From: Takakia lepidozioides
Taxonomy: Eukaryota; Plantae; Bryophyta
Assembly: GCA_030704615.1 (NCBI GenBank)
Contig: CM060731.1
Span: forward strand, 62,682,001 to 62,746,000
Length of the DNA: 64,000 bases
Direction of reading: 5' to 3'
Part shown: piece after piece, positions 1 to 11,825 of the stretch
How positions within the stretch are numbered: the first letter of the stretch is position 1
Layout of the letters: every line of letters starts with the position of its first letter
Program-made: the position numbers and the translations under genes
Notes under the pieces: generated by a model
Databases searched by the model: none
Told to the model about the DNA's origin: nothing
Seen by the model: only the letters and a program-made list of their open reading frames with translations

Positions 1-255
1 CGATTTCGGCACTGCGCAAACACACGATTAACCCAATTTACCTCTCCCACTTTTGTAAGCTAGCATGCATTCTACACACCAGCCAACCACACCATGCATC
101 ACCATTCCAAACACAATAGGACGCACAATATTTGGAACCCATTTCCTTTATCACAAATTTTTGTACAATACAAGTTTTTGCAATCGGATTCCTGAGCTAG
201 CTAAACCGGGCTAAGCATGCATTTCCTCCCCCACGCTCCAAGGTTGATGTCCCCA

Positions 256-3200
256 TCAACGCTTCTTCCGCTTTTGAGGTCGCCCTTCGAACGCTGCAAC
301 TGCCTCGGATGCGTTTCCCATTTCTGAGGCACGCACCCAAGATGCCTCCACAAGATGATAGCCCTTCCATTTGACGAGATACTCCGTTTCTCGGTTCTTG
401 AACCTCCTCGACTTAAGTATTGCCTCCACCTCGTACTCGGGTTCATTTTCATGATCCAACAGCATAGGTGGCGGACGCAACACTTGCTGACGATTCGGAC
501 GTGCTTCATCTTTGAAGTAAGGCTTCAAAAGGGAGACATGGAATACTGGGTGCACCTTGCTGTTTGCTGGCAGCTCCAATTCATACACATCCTCATTCAT
601 AACCCTCCGAATGCGAAAGGGACCCGCATACGGAGGTACGAACTTCGGACTCATTTCCGGAGGTAGTCGAAAATTCTTGATGTTCAACCAGACCTCTGTG
701 CCTGCCTCAAACTTCACTTCCCTCCGCTTCCGATTCGCCTGCCTTTCATACCGTTTCCTAGCTTTGGCAATGTTGTACTTTGCGAGCTTCAACAAACGCT
801 CGCGTTCTTCTAGTACCGCCGCTACTGCTGGTTCCTCAACGTCCTGGGCGGCCCAACTTGTCGGCACCAGAGGTGCTTTTCCATAGACCAACACAAAAGG
901 GGAAACTCCCGTCGCGGAGTGTTCTGTGTTATTATAACAGAACTCTGCCGCGTCTAAGTGTTCCATCCAGTCTGATTGGTCTGCCGACACGTAATTCCGC
1001 AAGAATTGCTTCACTACGGAATTCACTCTTTCCGTTTGGCCGTCCGTCGTAGGTCGGAAGGCGGTGCTCATCTTCAGCCTCGTCCCCATCTTCTTCCAAA
1101 GTGCTCTCCAGAATTTACTCGTAAACTTTGGGTCGCGGTCCGAGACAATATCCTTCGGGACTCCATGATGCTTTAAGACGTGGGTGAAGTAAAGTCGCCC
1201 TGTCTCCTGCGCAGTTGCCGTCTCCTTGGTGGGGATGAAATGGGCCATTTTACTGAACCTATCTACCACCACCATGATTGCATCGAATCCTTTGACAGCG
1301 GCATAACAGTCATGAAATCCATCGAGACGCTTTCCCAAGTCCCCTCTGGAATCGGCAAGGGTTGTAACAGCCCCGCTTGCTTTTTATACTCGCTCCGGTT
1401 TTGTTGGCATGTGGTGCATGTCCTTACATACTCCTCTGCCTCCTCCCTCAGTTTGGGCCAGAAATACTCTTTCTTCAAGAGTGCCGCAGTGCGCTTGGCT
1501 CCACCGTGGCCCGCAAGCGGGCTATCATGGCATTCTCTCAAGAGACTATCCCTGATCCCTCCCTTTGGCACATAGAGACGTTTTTGCTTATACCGGAGCA
1601 GTCCGTTTTGCAAGTGGAACTGCGATTTAACCCCCATTCTCAAGTTCTGCATCACGCACTTTGCCAGCTCATCCTTCCGGCAAGCCTTCCGGATCTTCCT
1701 TTGGAGCGCCGTCTCGCCCTTGTACACCAACAAGAGCTGCTGCTTTCTACTTAAAGCATCGGCCACCACATTGTCCCGTCCCGGTTTGTACTGGATATCC
1801 ACGTCGAACACTGCCAAAGTATCTTGCCACCTAAGTTGTTTTGGGGATAACTTGGGCTGCGTGGCAAAATACTTCACCGTGACATTGTCCGTGAACACCT
1901 TCACTGGGTTGGAACCAACATAGTGGCGCCAGAGTTCAAGGCAATGTACCACCGCCTTCATCTCTTTTTCGTGCGTCGGCCACCGTCGCTCCACTTCATT
2001 CAGTTTCTTACTTTCGTAAGCCACTGGACGTCCATCTTGCATAAGTACACCCCAATTGCGAAGTCCGATGCATCTGTATGAATCTCAAACGGACGATCGA
2101 ACTCCGGGATTTTTAAGACTGGAGCTTCCGTCATCCGCTGCTTCAATTCAGCAAAAGCTTGGCCACAAAATGTGTTCCATACCCAGACTTTGGATTTACA
2201 CAGAAGGTCCGACAGCGGCCCCGCGATCTTGGCGAAATTTCTCACATACTTCCGGTAATAGGAGGCGAGTCCTAGGAAGGATCGCACTCCCGGGACCGAA
2301 GTCGGAGGCTCCCAGTCCAAGATCGCCCTCACCTTTCTGTCATCCATTTTGATCCCATCCTGTGTAATCACGTGCCCCAAGAACTCCACTTTTGTGACCC
2401 CGAATTCGCACTTTGAAGCTTTGGCATACAGCTTCCCTTCTCGCAATTTTTGGAACACCCTTTTGAGGTGCTCCAGGTGCTCCTCCTTTGTTTTCGAGTA
2501 CACCAAGATGTCGTCGATGTACACGATCACAAAGTCATCCAACCACTCCTGGAAAAGGCTGTTCATCAGCGTGCTAAATGTCGCTGGTGCATTGGTGAGC
2601 CCAAAAGGCATCACCAAGAACTCATATGAACCATACCTTGTCCTGCACGCGGTCTTCTCCTCATCTCCTTCCGCCACCCGGATTTGGTGATAACCGGAGC
2701 GCAAGTCGATCCGGCTGAAATACTTCGCTCCTGCCAACCGATCGAAGAGGTCGTCGATCCTTGGCAAAGGGTACCGGTTTTTGATAGTCACCTTATTCAG
2801 AGCCCTGTAATCGACACACATCCGCAGCGTCCCATCCTTCTTGTCTGCAAATAGCACCGGGGCTCCGTAAGGTGACTTACTCGGCCGGATGTACCCCTTT
2901 GACATTAGATCTTTGAGCTGAGTCTTCAGCTCGACCAACTCTTTGTGGCTCAACCGGTAGGGCGCCTTGGCAGGCGGTTCCGATCCCGGTATCACCTCAA
3001 TTTTGTGGTCAACTCCTCTTCGCGGTGGCAAGCCGCTTGGTAAATCCTCCGGCATCACATCCTGGTATTTCTCCAAAATCCCCTTGATCCAATCTGGGCT
3101 CGGCTCCCCATCGCCTTCTCCTTTCACTTCTCTAATGTAAAGCAAAAACTGGGACTCGTGTGTCTCCTCCACGGCCCACTCCTTTGCTGATAGAAGGTTT

Positions 3201-4816
3201 ATTCGCCCTCCCACGGATTTGGGCGTTTCCGACACTCGTAAAACCTCGCCACCATTCCCACATGGCAGCGTGACTACTCTCTTGCGGCCATCTATGACCG
3301 CTCCGGATTTGCTCAAAAAGGTCATTCCCAAAATGAGATCCACTCCATCGATCTCGCAGATAGTGAAGTTCTCACGTCCCTCCCAACTCCCCAGTTGAAG
3401 AGGAACATCAAACGCCAACCTTGTCGCCAACTGAGGTTCTCCTTTGGCAGAGCGCACCTCAATAGAGGCCCCCACGTCACTTGTCGGGAGTCCCAACTTT
3501 CGCGCCGCCGCCGGCGTCATGAAGGAGTGCGACGCTCCTGTGTCCACCAACAACGACACATTAGTTCCGGATATTATCCCATCCACGAACAATAACTGAC
3601 TCCCTTTTCGTAAGGCGCCAGTTTCCTGATACAACTCACAAGAAAATTTGCCTACCTTGCAAGTCCTGGCGACCACCGCTTCCACCAAGCGACTGATGGT
3701 ATCTTCCGACAGCTCCGTGGTCGCCCGAGTCATGTTCAATTGTCGGGGCTTCGTGCACTTCTTGGCCATGTGCCCGGGCTCCCCGCAATTGAAACACACT
3801 CCATCAAAGGTCGCCTTCTGTCCGCCATAAGTCGCTCCACCCGCTTTTCCTTTCGAAGCACCGGGTGCCGCCTTGACGTGTGAAGGACCTCCCTTCGATT
3901 TCCACGTGCCATTTTCGCCGCGTGGCCTATCCCACTTCTTTTCCGGTCGGGAGGAGTCACCTTCCCGCCGGGTCTTCTTGTGGTTCAGCTCCGTACGGCC
4001 TTGTCTCTCACCCCTAGGGACATCCGAGAAACATTCAGCTCTCTCAATTGCCTCGTTCAAAGTCTTGGGTGGCTTCTCCTCCAACTTCCGCCTAGCCCAT
4101 GGGGCCAGTCCCGCCACAAAGTTGAAGACCATTTCTGGTTCTGCCATGTCCGCGACTTCGAGCAACAGCACATTGAAAGCCTGGACATACCCCCGAATGT
4201 CATCTGTTTGCTTCAAATTCCTCATCTTGTCCCGGGCAAGCCAGGATGCGTTGAGGGGCACAAACTGTCTCTTCATCAATTCCTTGAACTCACTCCAGTT
4301 CAAGGTTTCCGGGCTTGGGCCTCGGTCGTGAAGGCGTTTCTGCCACCATTGTTGAGCATAGCCCCTCAAATAGGTGGGAGCCACTTCCACCCGATCCTCG
4401 TCACTCAACTTGGCCGCCCGGAAGTACTGCTCTAGCTCCAGGAGCCAGGTGTTGAGTGCCTTCCGGTTTCGAACGCCCTCGAAGGTGCCGGGTTCCTTAG
4501 GCTTCACCTTAAACTTTGCCTTGGTGGAAGTGGCATTAGCCGCCTTCAACACGTCTTTCAACGTCCCGCCAAACTGCGCCAACAACCCTTCCCAAAAGGC
4601 TGCCGGCATGGGAGGCATCTCTTGGTTTGTCGGAGCTCTCAAAGATTCCTCGGGCTCCGACTCCTCGGATTCCTCCCGCTCCTGAGCGGCCTCGTTTTCG
4701 GAAACATTAATCGCTTCCTCAAACGGCCGCCTCGGTGACACGTCGCCCCCATCGGGCTCACCGGAATCATCATCTTTTGGGCCGTTCCGCTTTCGCTTCG
4801 GCTTGCCCGACCCCAT
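256..4816 (-). CDS. gag-pol polyprotein with C-terminal chromodomain, split by two 1-bp frameshifts
   Basis: Gag zinc knuckle [14 protein letters not shown], protease [18 protein letters not shown], RNase [10 protein letters not shown], integrase H-H-C-C and [19 protein letters not shown] motif, chromodomain [16 protein letters not shown]. Frames shift near 2050 and 1290. First ATG after the PBS is at 4816. Confidence 0.93.
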
Positions 4817-4857
4817 GATGAGGCCAATCCCAAGGACGATCGCGTACTGAACTCTAA

Positions 4858-4869
4858 GCTCTGATACCA
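4858..4869 (-). promoter_or_regulatory. Primer binding site complementary to initiator tRNA-Met
   Basis: Minus strand TGGTATCAGAGC, 2 nt after the LTR end ...GCGACA. Confidence 0.92.
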
Positions 4870-4871
4870 AG

Positions 4872-5593
4872 TGTCGCACACCTCAGTTCGGTAAACTCCC
4901 TTCAAGTCATAGTTACTCGCTTTGATGCGCGCGCCTGACTCCCAACCTGGCCCCCAGGCCAACTTGGAGTTTCGGCTGCTCACCGGGACATAACGGTCCC
5001 CTTTCGCTTCCCTCTAAACCCTCCACCTATTTGGGACTAGGAGAATTCCTTTGGTAGATGGCAGTCCGGAACAGCTCCCCACTCTTTGGTCGCTTTCCGG
5101 CTCGCTCGCTTACTCACTAGTTTTTGGTCACCAACGGGCTTGCACCGTTCTCGGGGTTACTACTCCCTATATATACTTCTGTAGCTGTCCGCGGGGGTTT
5201 CATAACCAGCCATGCCATTTTATGGCGAACCACCACGAAAACCCTCGACTCCCGGTGGTGAGTCGCGGTGAGTCTTGGCCCACTCACCGCGGCCCCAATG
5301 GACCGTGATGAGTCCCAAGACTCCCCACGACTCCCACCTCGAGGTCTCCTCCCCATGGTGAGTCCTATGCCACCCCCACTAAGTCCCACTAAGCTACCAC
5401 CACCCCTTGTGGAGCCACCTCCACCGCAACCCGGTGTGCGGGGCTCCACCTAGTGAGCGCCTCCGCCTCCTTGAGTGCCTTGGGCACTCAAGGGTGCTTC
5501 AGCCCCCCATACCTATCGCTGCCGCTGCCCCCACCACAGGGGCAGCCCCTCATGTGTCCCGACCCCCTGCCCTCAAGGCAAAGGGCCGCGACA
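4872..5593 (-). repeat. 5' LTR (722 bp)
   Basis: Termini TGTCGC...GCGACA. Homologous over its whole length to 31795-32520. Confidence 0.93.
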
Positions 5594-5706
5594 TCAAAAG
5601 TCTTTCCTTTATGCTAAACTACATCCCCATCAATCAACCTTGCGTCAAAGCAAGGTTGATCCATCGGAGCTCAATCTGTCACTCACAGAGTATTCATTGT
5701 GTGCAG

Positions 5707-8700
5707 AGGAAAAGAAAAAGGAAATCCGAGGGGGAAGATTTGGCCGCGTCAGAAGGTGAAGGTGAGGAAGACTCATTGGAGGGACACTATGAAGACAAGG
5801 CCGAGGAGATAATGGGTGGGCAAAAAGTGAACTCGTCGAAGGTGATTCTGTTGATGGAGGTTCCCGGCGGAAACCTGGTCATTCCACTGTGCAGGATGAT
5901 CTCCATGCCCGCTGTTCGACCGGCATTGAGGAATGATATAACGAAGTTGAAGAACGACTTTGTTCACGGCTATGTCGAGGGATTAGCAATGTTCTACGTA
6001 TCCACTATGAACACGAAAAGAGAGGAGTGTCTTGTAACAGAGGACATTGAGCAAAGTTGGGATGCATGCTGGCGGGATGTAAACAGGGAGTTCGAGTTTA
6101 AGCTGTCCAAAAAGGCCTCCACAAAAGCATTCATGGGAAAGATGTTTTTTGTCTGGGATGGGAACCACAGACTGCTTGCCTAGATGGATTACATATCAAG
6201 CTTGCACTCGGACGAGATCGAATGGCACTGGAGCGTGGTTTCCATGGTTCTCGATCACAAAGGACGTGTCACGCAGCTCTTGACAGCCATGCACGACATA
6301 AACAAGTAAGTTTCCAACTTTGTGTCTGTTCCGCGTTTCGACAATTTGAAATCATCTTATGAGTTGAAGGCTTTTCCAGGTCCAATGAAACATCTCATGT
6401 GACGACCAATCTGTGCCACACTCTATTCTGCATCCAGAAGGTAGGGCTGATGCCACTGGAGTCATTCACGAACGTGCTCAGTCCTCAGCAGATGAAGAGG
6501 TGTGCTGAGAAGAAGACAAGCACATGGTACAGCTTGACAAGGGAGGCTTTTCTTGACTACATGTACACTGTAAGCTTCTTGACACGTGTTTGCTTGTTAT
6601 TACTGCAAATTTTGTGAAGAAACGCCAGTGTTTGATTCTTTTTACCTGTAATGTATGCAGCAAGAAATAGCAGAAACTGGTTTGAAGGCGAAAGCAGAGT
6701 ACTATGATTCCCACACAGAAGAGCAGCGGTCTGCAACTGGGCTTGAGGACATGATGAAGTTCGAGATGAATAATCAAAGGAAGAACCTCATGAGTGCATT
6801 CGACAAACAAATCCGGATAGCAGATCCAGGTCTTGGCACGGAATTTCTGGAGCAGGTGAAAGCACACTATGACAAGTATGGCTCCAAGACAGAAATGACT
6901 CAGGAGAAACTACATCGCCTTTCCATTTCAATGGTGGACAATGCAACCAAAATCAGGTGGTTGGAGATATGGAATTCGGATCCTCTTGTGAGAGACACGA
7001 ACATGTTCCCAACTCCAGAGAGGGACCCGAAGACACAAGCAATAAAAGTTGTTAGCGACCACACATTCGACCAGTGGCTACACAAAGCCACATTCTGGAG
7101 CAAGGTAAGGTTTCCACCAAACCATTTTCAGACATTTGTGTTGCTCCATATTCTCTCCCAAATTCTCATGAGCTTTCTTGTTGCAGTTGGAAAAACGTGC
7201 AGTGGCTGCACTTGCTGAGTCGATGGCAGACTATAAAATCCAGATGGCTTGCCCCCGGATCACACTGGAGGACTACATCAGGAGATGGAAGCTCGCTGTC
7301 TGGAAAAACTGCTTCTTCACGGAGTTTGAGAAAGACAAAGGAATCTCCAGGTCGTACGAATTCAAAAACCAGTACAACAGCGAGCAAGCAATGAAACGAG
7401 TGTTGTACAGGTGTGACCTCCTTGAATCAAATTTGGTACTTGAAGGGTATGTTTCTGCATTCTTGTGTCGTTCGTTCCATAAAGAATTGCGAACTTGCAA
7501 GGCTTTGAGGGATCTCTAAGGGCTCTGCATGTGCAGTCGAGCAACATTGCGTTAACGCAAGGTTGTATCCCATTGTCCCGGTTTCAGTTACCTATACCAG
7601 GGTATCCCATAATGCCGTTTTTCTGCATGTGAAAGGGATAAACTGACAGGAAAATCAGCCTTGTGTCAACGCAAGGTTGATGAAGTGGCAGGCTATGTAG
7701 CTTTCCTGTGGTTTTGGGTAGTTCAAATCCAGTTCCAATGCTGCCAAGATGAACATAAGACTGTTTGGAGTCTGTTTGAAATGCTATTTACAGCTTTCAC
7801 TGTACCAACAAACAGACTTGCGTTGACGCAACGTTGTTTGGCGGTATGGATTGCTGGAAATGTCCCGTAGCAATCTCCCGATTTCCATACAATTGTAGGA
7901 AACTTATGATTATCAGATACCATTGACATGTGTTTCAACAGAGGATTTCAACATTGCGCCAACGCAATGTTGAATATCCGCACCAGTACATAGTCACATG
8001 GTAGTTTTCAAGCAGTGTATTCCATTTCCTCTGTGAATGAAAACAACCTTGCTTTGAAGCAATGTTGAATTGCGCTTGTCAGTCGTTGTCTCTATCAATA
8101 CAACATTATCATTTGGTGTTTCCCATTTTTGCTCGAATCAACATTGCGTCAACGCAAGGTTGATTCGGGATTGCAAAAGTTCATTTCTGAGTGTTGCCTT
8201 CCTGCATTTCAATATCTTTTTCCGGATGTGTGTTCTTTTTCATTTTCAAATCGAATGACTGTCTGGGTTTTTGGTGTGTGATTCAGGTATATGTATCATA
8301 TCCTCATACCGGGAAAGTACCTTAGCGATGACCCAGACTTCATCTATTTGTGGGGCTGACCCCTCCAATGACAAGACAATGTACACGGCTGGTGGTATTG
8401 CCAGAGACTGGAGTAGGGCGCACTTCAGAGACTGTGGGTGGTACCTCGACCTGCCAAAACAGGACACACCATTCGATGAAGTTGTTTTGAGAAACCTAAA
8501 CGACAATGCCGCAGCAATTGCCCCATTGGCTGACAAAGACATCCACGACAGAATCATTTCTGCTCTGGCTGCAAAAGAGCCCGAGAAAACTGCTACTCCA
8601 AAACGAAAGGGGAAGATTGTCGGGGATCCGAAGGGGAAGGGGAAAGTGCAGCTCTGCAAGGACAGGGACCGTCAGAGGTTCCTGAAAGACAGCCTTCTCC

Positions 8701-10025
8701 CACAAGGAGGGATAGGAGAACATCAAAGCCGAGGGAGCAAGTTTTCGAGGCGAGAGAACATCCCTCCAGGGTTTTGGGCCAGTTCAATCGTAAGGTGCTG
8801 AATGAAAGTTTTCTTGCAATGATGGAGTCCAGGAAGTCCACATTCAAAGGGGTGCCCTCGAAATCATGGGACATGCTTGTTTCGTTCCTCACTCAAGTAA
8901 GCACTTATGTCTAAACTGTTGTATGAATAATTGTGTTTTGGCAACTTGTTGTGGCTTGTCCAGGGGATTGATCTCCTGTTAGATTTGGATTGGGCTTCTT
9001 ACACTGTCTCCTATTTTTTGCTGTAGGTCACAAAAAGTCCGGAATGGGTGAATGGAGTTCAGCAGGCATACGCGACTGACCTTGTGGTGGGACATTCCTG
9101 ACGGTTTTCCTGTCCCTGATGTGTTCCCTTCCAATTCGACCCCGACTTGGAACAAATCGGATTCTCGTTACTGGCAGTGGGCTTTCTCGTTCAGCAACAA
9201 ATTCCTTTCGGACTCGGGGGCTCTTCTTCTCATGCAGTCAAAGGACATGTCGGCTCGAAGAACTCTTTTCAGCTACATGAAAGCTTCCGGGTTTCGTGTC
9301 ATCAAAACTTGGACATGCATCAATACTCTGCCTCTTACGAAGGGCGAGTTCCCGGGGCAGAAAGTGAGTTGGTTCCTTTCAAATGATGTTTCGTGGTTTT
9401 TCGGTAAATCAAAATGGTGGGTTATGTCTTCTGTCTCATGCTCTCTTCGTGATTATTGACAGACACGGGTGTTCGAAGCTTTGTGCCCGGTGAGGCGGAA
9501 GGACACTCTTCCTCCTGGTGTTGCTGAGTTTCAGTTGAGGGACCTTGCAGCTCACATTGACCCCACCTGCGAACCTGTGGAGGATGATGTTATCTTCAAT
9601 TACGTCGACTCGGGTCGAACTATGAAAAGGTCGATTGGTGTCCCTTGGAGAGGTGCACGGGAGAAATCTCCAGCTTTCATGCAGACTTTGGTGGAGACAT
9701 GCAGCCGTCATGGTGGACGAGTGGTTGACTTGTCTATGGGCACAGGTGGGGCCATTCACATTGTGTTTGACATATGGGCAGTGACCTTAGGGAAACCCTG
9801 TTTTTATTTCTCGTTCTTCTTGGATTTGCAGGAGCATGTTTTCATGCTTGCAAGAGCGCCGGAAGGCACTTCTTCAGCATGGAAGCTGATACGGAGCTCT
9901 TCTCAAGCGAGCTTCGTCAGCTTGAGTCGGGCACTACTTCTGCCCCATCCACAGAGGAACTTCTGGAGGAGCCCGAAGCGCCTGACGAGGATCTGGACGT
10001 GGACTCTGATTTTGAGTGTGAGTAG
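5707..10025 (+). CDS. Spliced ParB/Srx-like domain + beta-class N4C/N6A DNA methyltransferase-like gene (5' end upstream; carries lesions, possibly a pseudogene)
   Basis: Inferred GT-AG exons: 5707-6305, 6380-6569, 6661-7104, 7187-7446, 8287-8896, 9027-9363, 9463-9745, 9832-10025. ParB-like MFFVWDGNHRLLA; motif IV-like DLVV.DIPDG; motif X/I REKSPAFMQTLVETCSRHGGRVVDLSMGTGACFHACKSAGRHFFSMEAD. In-frame TAG at 6181; apparent frameshifts near 8354, 8645 and 9090. Confidence 0.78.
7542..8162. repeat. Array of six 24-bp palindromes (consensus CAACMTTGCGTYRACGCAAKGTTG) within an intron
   Basis: Copies at 7542-7565, 7656-7679, 7813-7836, 7949-7972, 8044-8067 and 8139-8162, separated by unrelated 71-133 bp spacers. 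A seventh copy is at 5635-5658. Confidence 0.9.
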
Positions 10026-10682
10026 AAAGTCGTGGAAAAAAAACGTCATGGATGTGCTGTTGTATTCATAGATGATATTGCTGTAAACTCTGGAAGTGGT
10101 TCCTCTGAAACCTCCAATATTTCTTTAGGTTCAAGTACCGAGGCTCAATAAATTGTGTTTTGGTTTTGCTTCCATCCCCAAACTGTTTTTCAAGTTCTTT
10201 GCGCGTTCCCGTAAGTACAGTTAGGGATTGCCTAGGGTAGGTCTTTGGATTGCGGAATTGAAAAATGTTTGTGTGTTGGAATGAATGTACTGCTTTGCCA
10301 AAAAAAAATGTTTGCTTTTAATATTCAGTTCTCTAGTGGGCGATCTCCTCATTCCAAAGTCATGACCTCAATCATAATTCATCCGCAAACCTGCCATTGT
10401 TCTCGGCCACAAAGAGTATTCATGTGGGGGCAATGAAGAGGGATAAAAAATTAGGACATAGGTGACAGCTGATCCGCGGTAATAGGGGGGGGAAAGCACG
10501 GAAAAAGGGCCTGAACACGTGGATGCTTGCTGACGTGGCGTGAGCCTAGCCAGGCTCATAGGCTCACAGGCTCACGCGGCCAGGCTCACGCGCAAGCATT
10601 CCCCCTCTTGCGTCCAGTGAATTGGCAAACCGCTAGTAGGAGGAACGCAAGGTTGCTATACGACTTGGAGTACATCCCGGAC

Positions 10683-11333
10683 ATGTTCGGAATACAACCG
10701 GCTGCAACGTTAGAGGAACAACTGGCGGAAAGAGACCAGCAAATCAGGACCTTGCAGGACCCACTAGACTGGCAAACACTGCGCATAGCCGAGTTGGAAG
10801 CTACATTGCAAGACATGTCTCCAAACAATGAAGGCACTGTTGTCCACAATGAGGATCGAACAAACGTCGTGGACATGGACGCGGAGTTTGCGATGCCCGA
10901 TCGCAGTATTGACCTCATCATTCAGGAAGTTACGGACGTCTTTGACCTTGTGGCCGATGAAACCATGGTTGAGGAACAACGAATTGCGGATGAGAGAATG
11001 AGGAAAAGAAAAGAACCAATACTGAAAATCGGGGAATGCTCGAGGGTCGCCATTCAATCGGAGATGAACCCGATATTAGATGTCGACCGCGTTACAAAGG
11101 AGCGGGACATTGCCATAGCAACTGCATGGCACTTGTCCAAAATGCTTGAGATTCGGGCATGGGTCCCATTGAATGGCGATTGGGAGAATTGGGTACAATG
11201 GGCGACCCATTTGGCCTCCAGAGAATCACGGGTAGAGCGGGCACTGTCAGGCTTGCAACGTGTCGCATGCATGTCAAACCGTAGTGTGGATAGCATTTAT
11301 GCCAACGTGGCTAATTCAGGAATTTCAGCGTAG
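10683..11333 (+). CDS. Hypothetical coiled-coil protein (orphan ORF, probably TE-borne)
   Basis: Open frame 10527-11333, first ATG at 10683. Heptad-like LEEQLAERDQQIRTLQ..RIAELEATLQ and basic RMRKRKE. No recognisable domain. Confidence 0.4.
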   Translation: MFGIQPAATLEEQLAERDQQIRTLQDPLDWQTLRIAELEATLQDMSPNNEGTVVHNEDRTNVVDMDAEFAMPDRSIDLIIQEVTDVFDLVADETMVEEQRIADERMRKRKEPILKIGECSRVAIQSEMNPILDVDRVTKERDIAIATAWHLSKMLEIRAWVPLNGDWENWVQWATHLASRESRVERALSGLQRVACMSNRSVDSIYANVANSGISA

Positions 11334-11825
11334 CCTATCTGGCTATTAGTAGTGCATTTTGGGGCCTGGAGTGGCTAGGTGATAAAGTCACAGCAGCAAT
11401 AGCATGAACACATGCAGCAAGCTTAAGGCAACAGAATTTGAATGTGCACATTGAGACCAAAGTAATTTCCATGCCAATTGTTTCTCTCACATTACAGAGC
11501 ATGATACTATGAGCATGAGTTTGATCTAATTTTTAGCCAATTCATGAGAGATGCATACAAAATGTGAGGAATAAGCACAAACATTTCACATTGTCAGTAC
11601 CCCAATTGGCGATCTTTTGCTAAAGGGGGTCCAATCTGATGTCTATAGCAGGAAAAAAGTATCGCATAACGCAATTGTTGATCACGCGCGTGTATGGGAT
11701 GTCCGCCTCTTCAACAGTGTGCATCAGAGTTTGGTGGTGACGCTGAGAAAATTACTCTTTTCAAGCAATCGGAGCACCTTTATGAGCCTAAAACACAAGT
11801 GGAAAAAATCACTGCATCATGACGA

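Larger units (their letters stand above)
1..5593 (-). mobile_element. Ty3/gypsy chromovirus LTR retrotransposon (3' LTR lies outside the window)
   Basis: 5' LTR at 4872-5593, PBS at 4858-4869, and gag-protease-RT-RNaseH-integrase-chromodomain order on the minus strand. No second LTR start (TGTCGCGGCCC) is seen in 1-255. Confidence 0.95.

Noticed and set aside
1263-2060. Programmed ribosomal frameshifting in pol
   Set aside because: The shifts fall inside conserved RNase H and integrase motifs rather than at the gag/pol boundary, and no slippery heptamer is evident.
5051-5600. Pro/Gly-rich ORFs at 5051-5453 and 31931-32509
   Set aside because: They lie within GC-rich LTR sequence and recur only because the LTRs are homologous.
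7542-8162. CRISPR array interpretation of the interspaced palindromes
   Set aside because: Spacers are long and uneven (71-133 bp), repeats are degenerate, there are no cas genes, and the array sits in a spliceosomal intron of a plant genome.
5707-10025. Bacterial contamination as the source of the ParB-methyltransferase
   Set aside because: The gene is interrupted by canonical GT-AG introns and is contiguous with plant LTR and CACTA elements.
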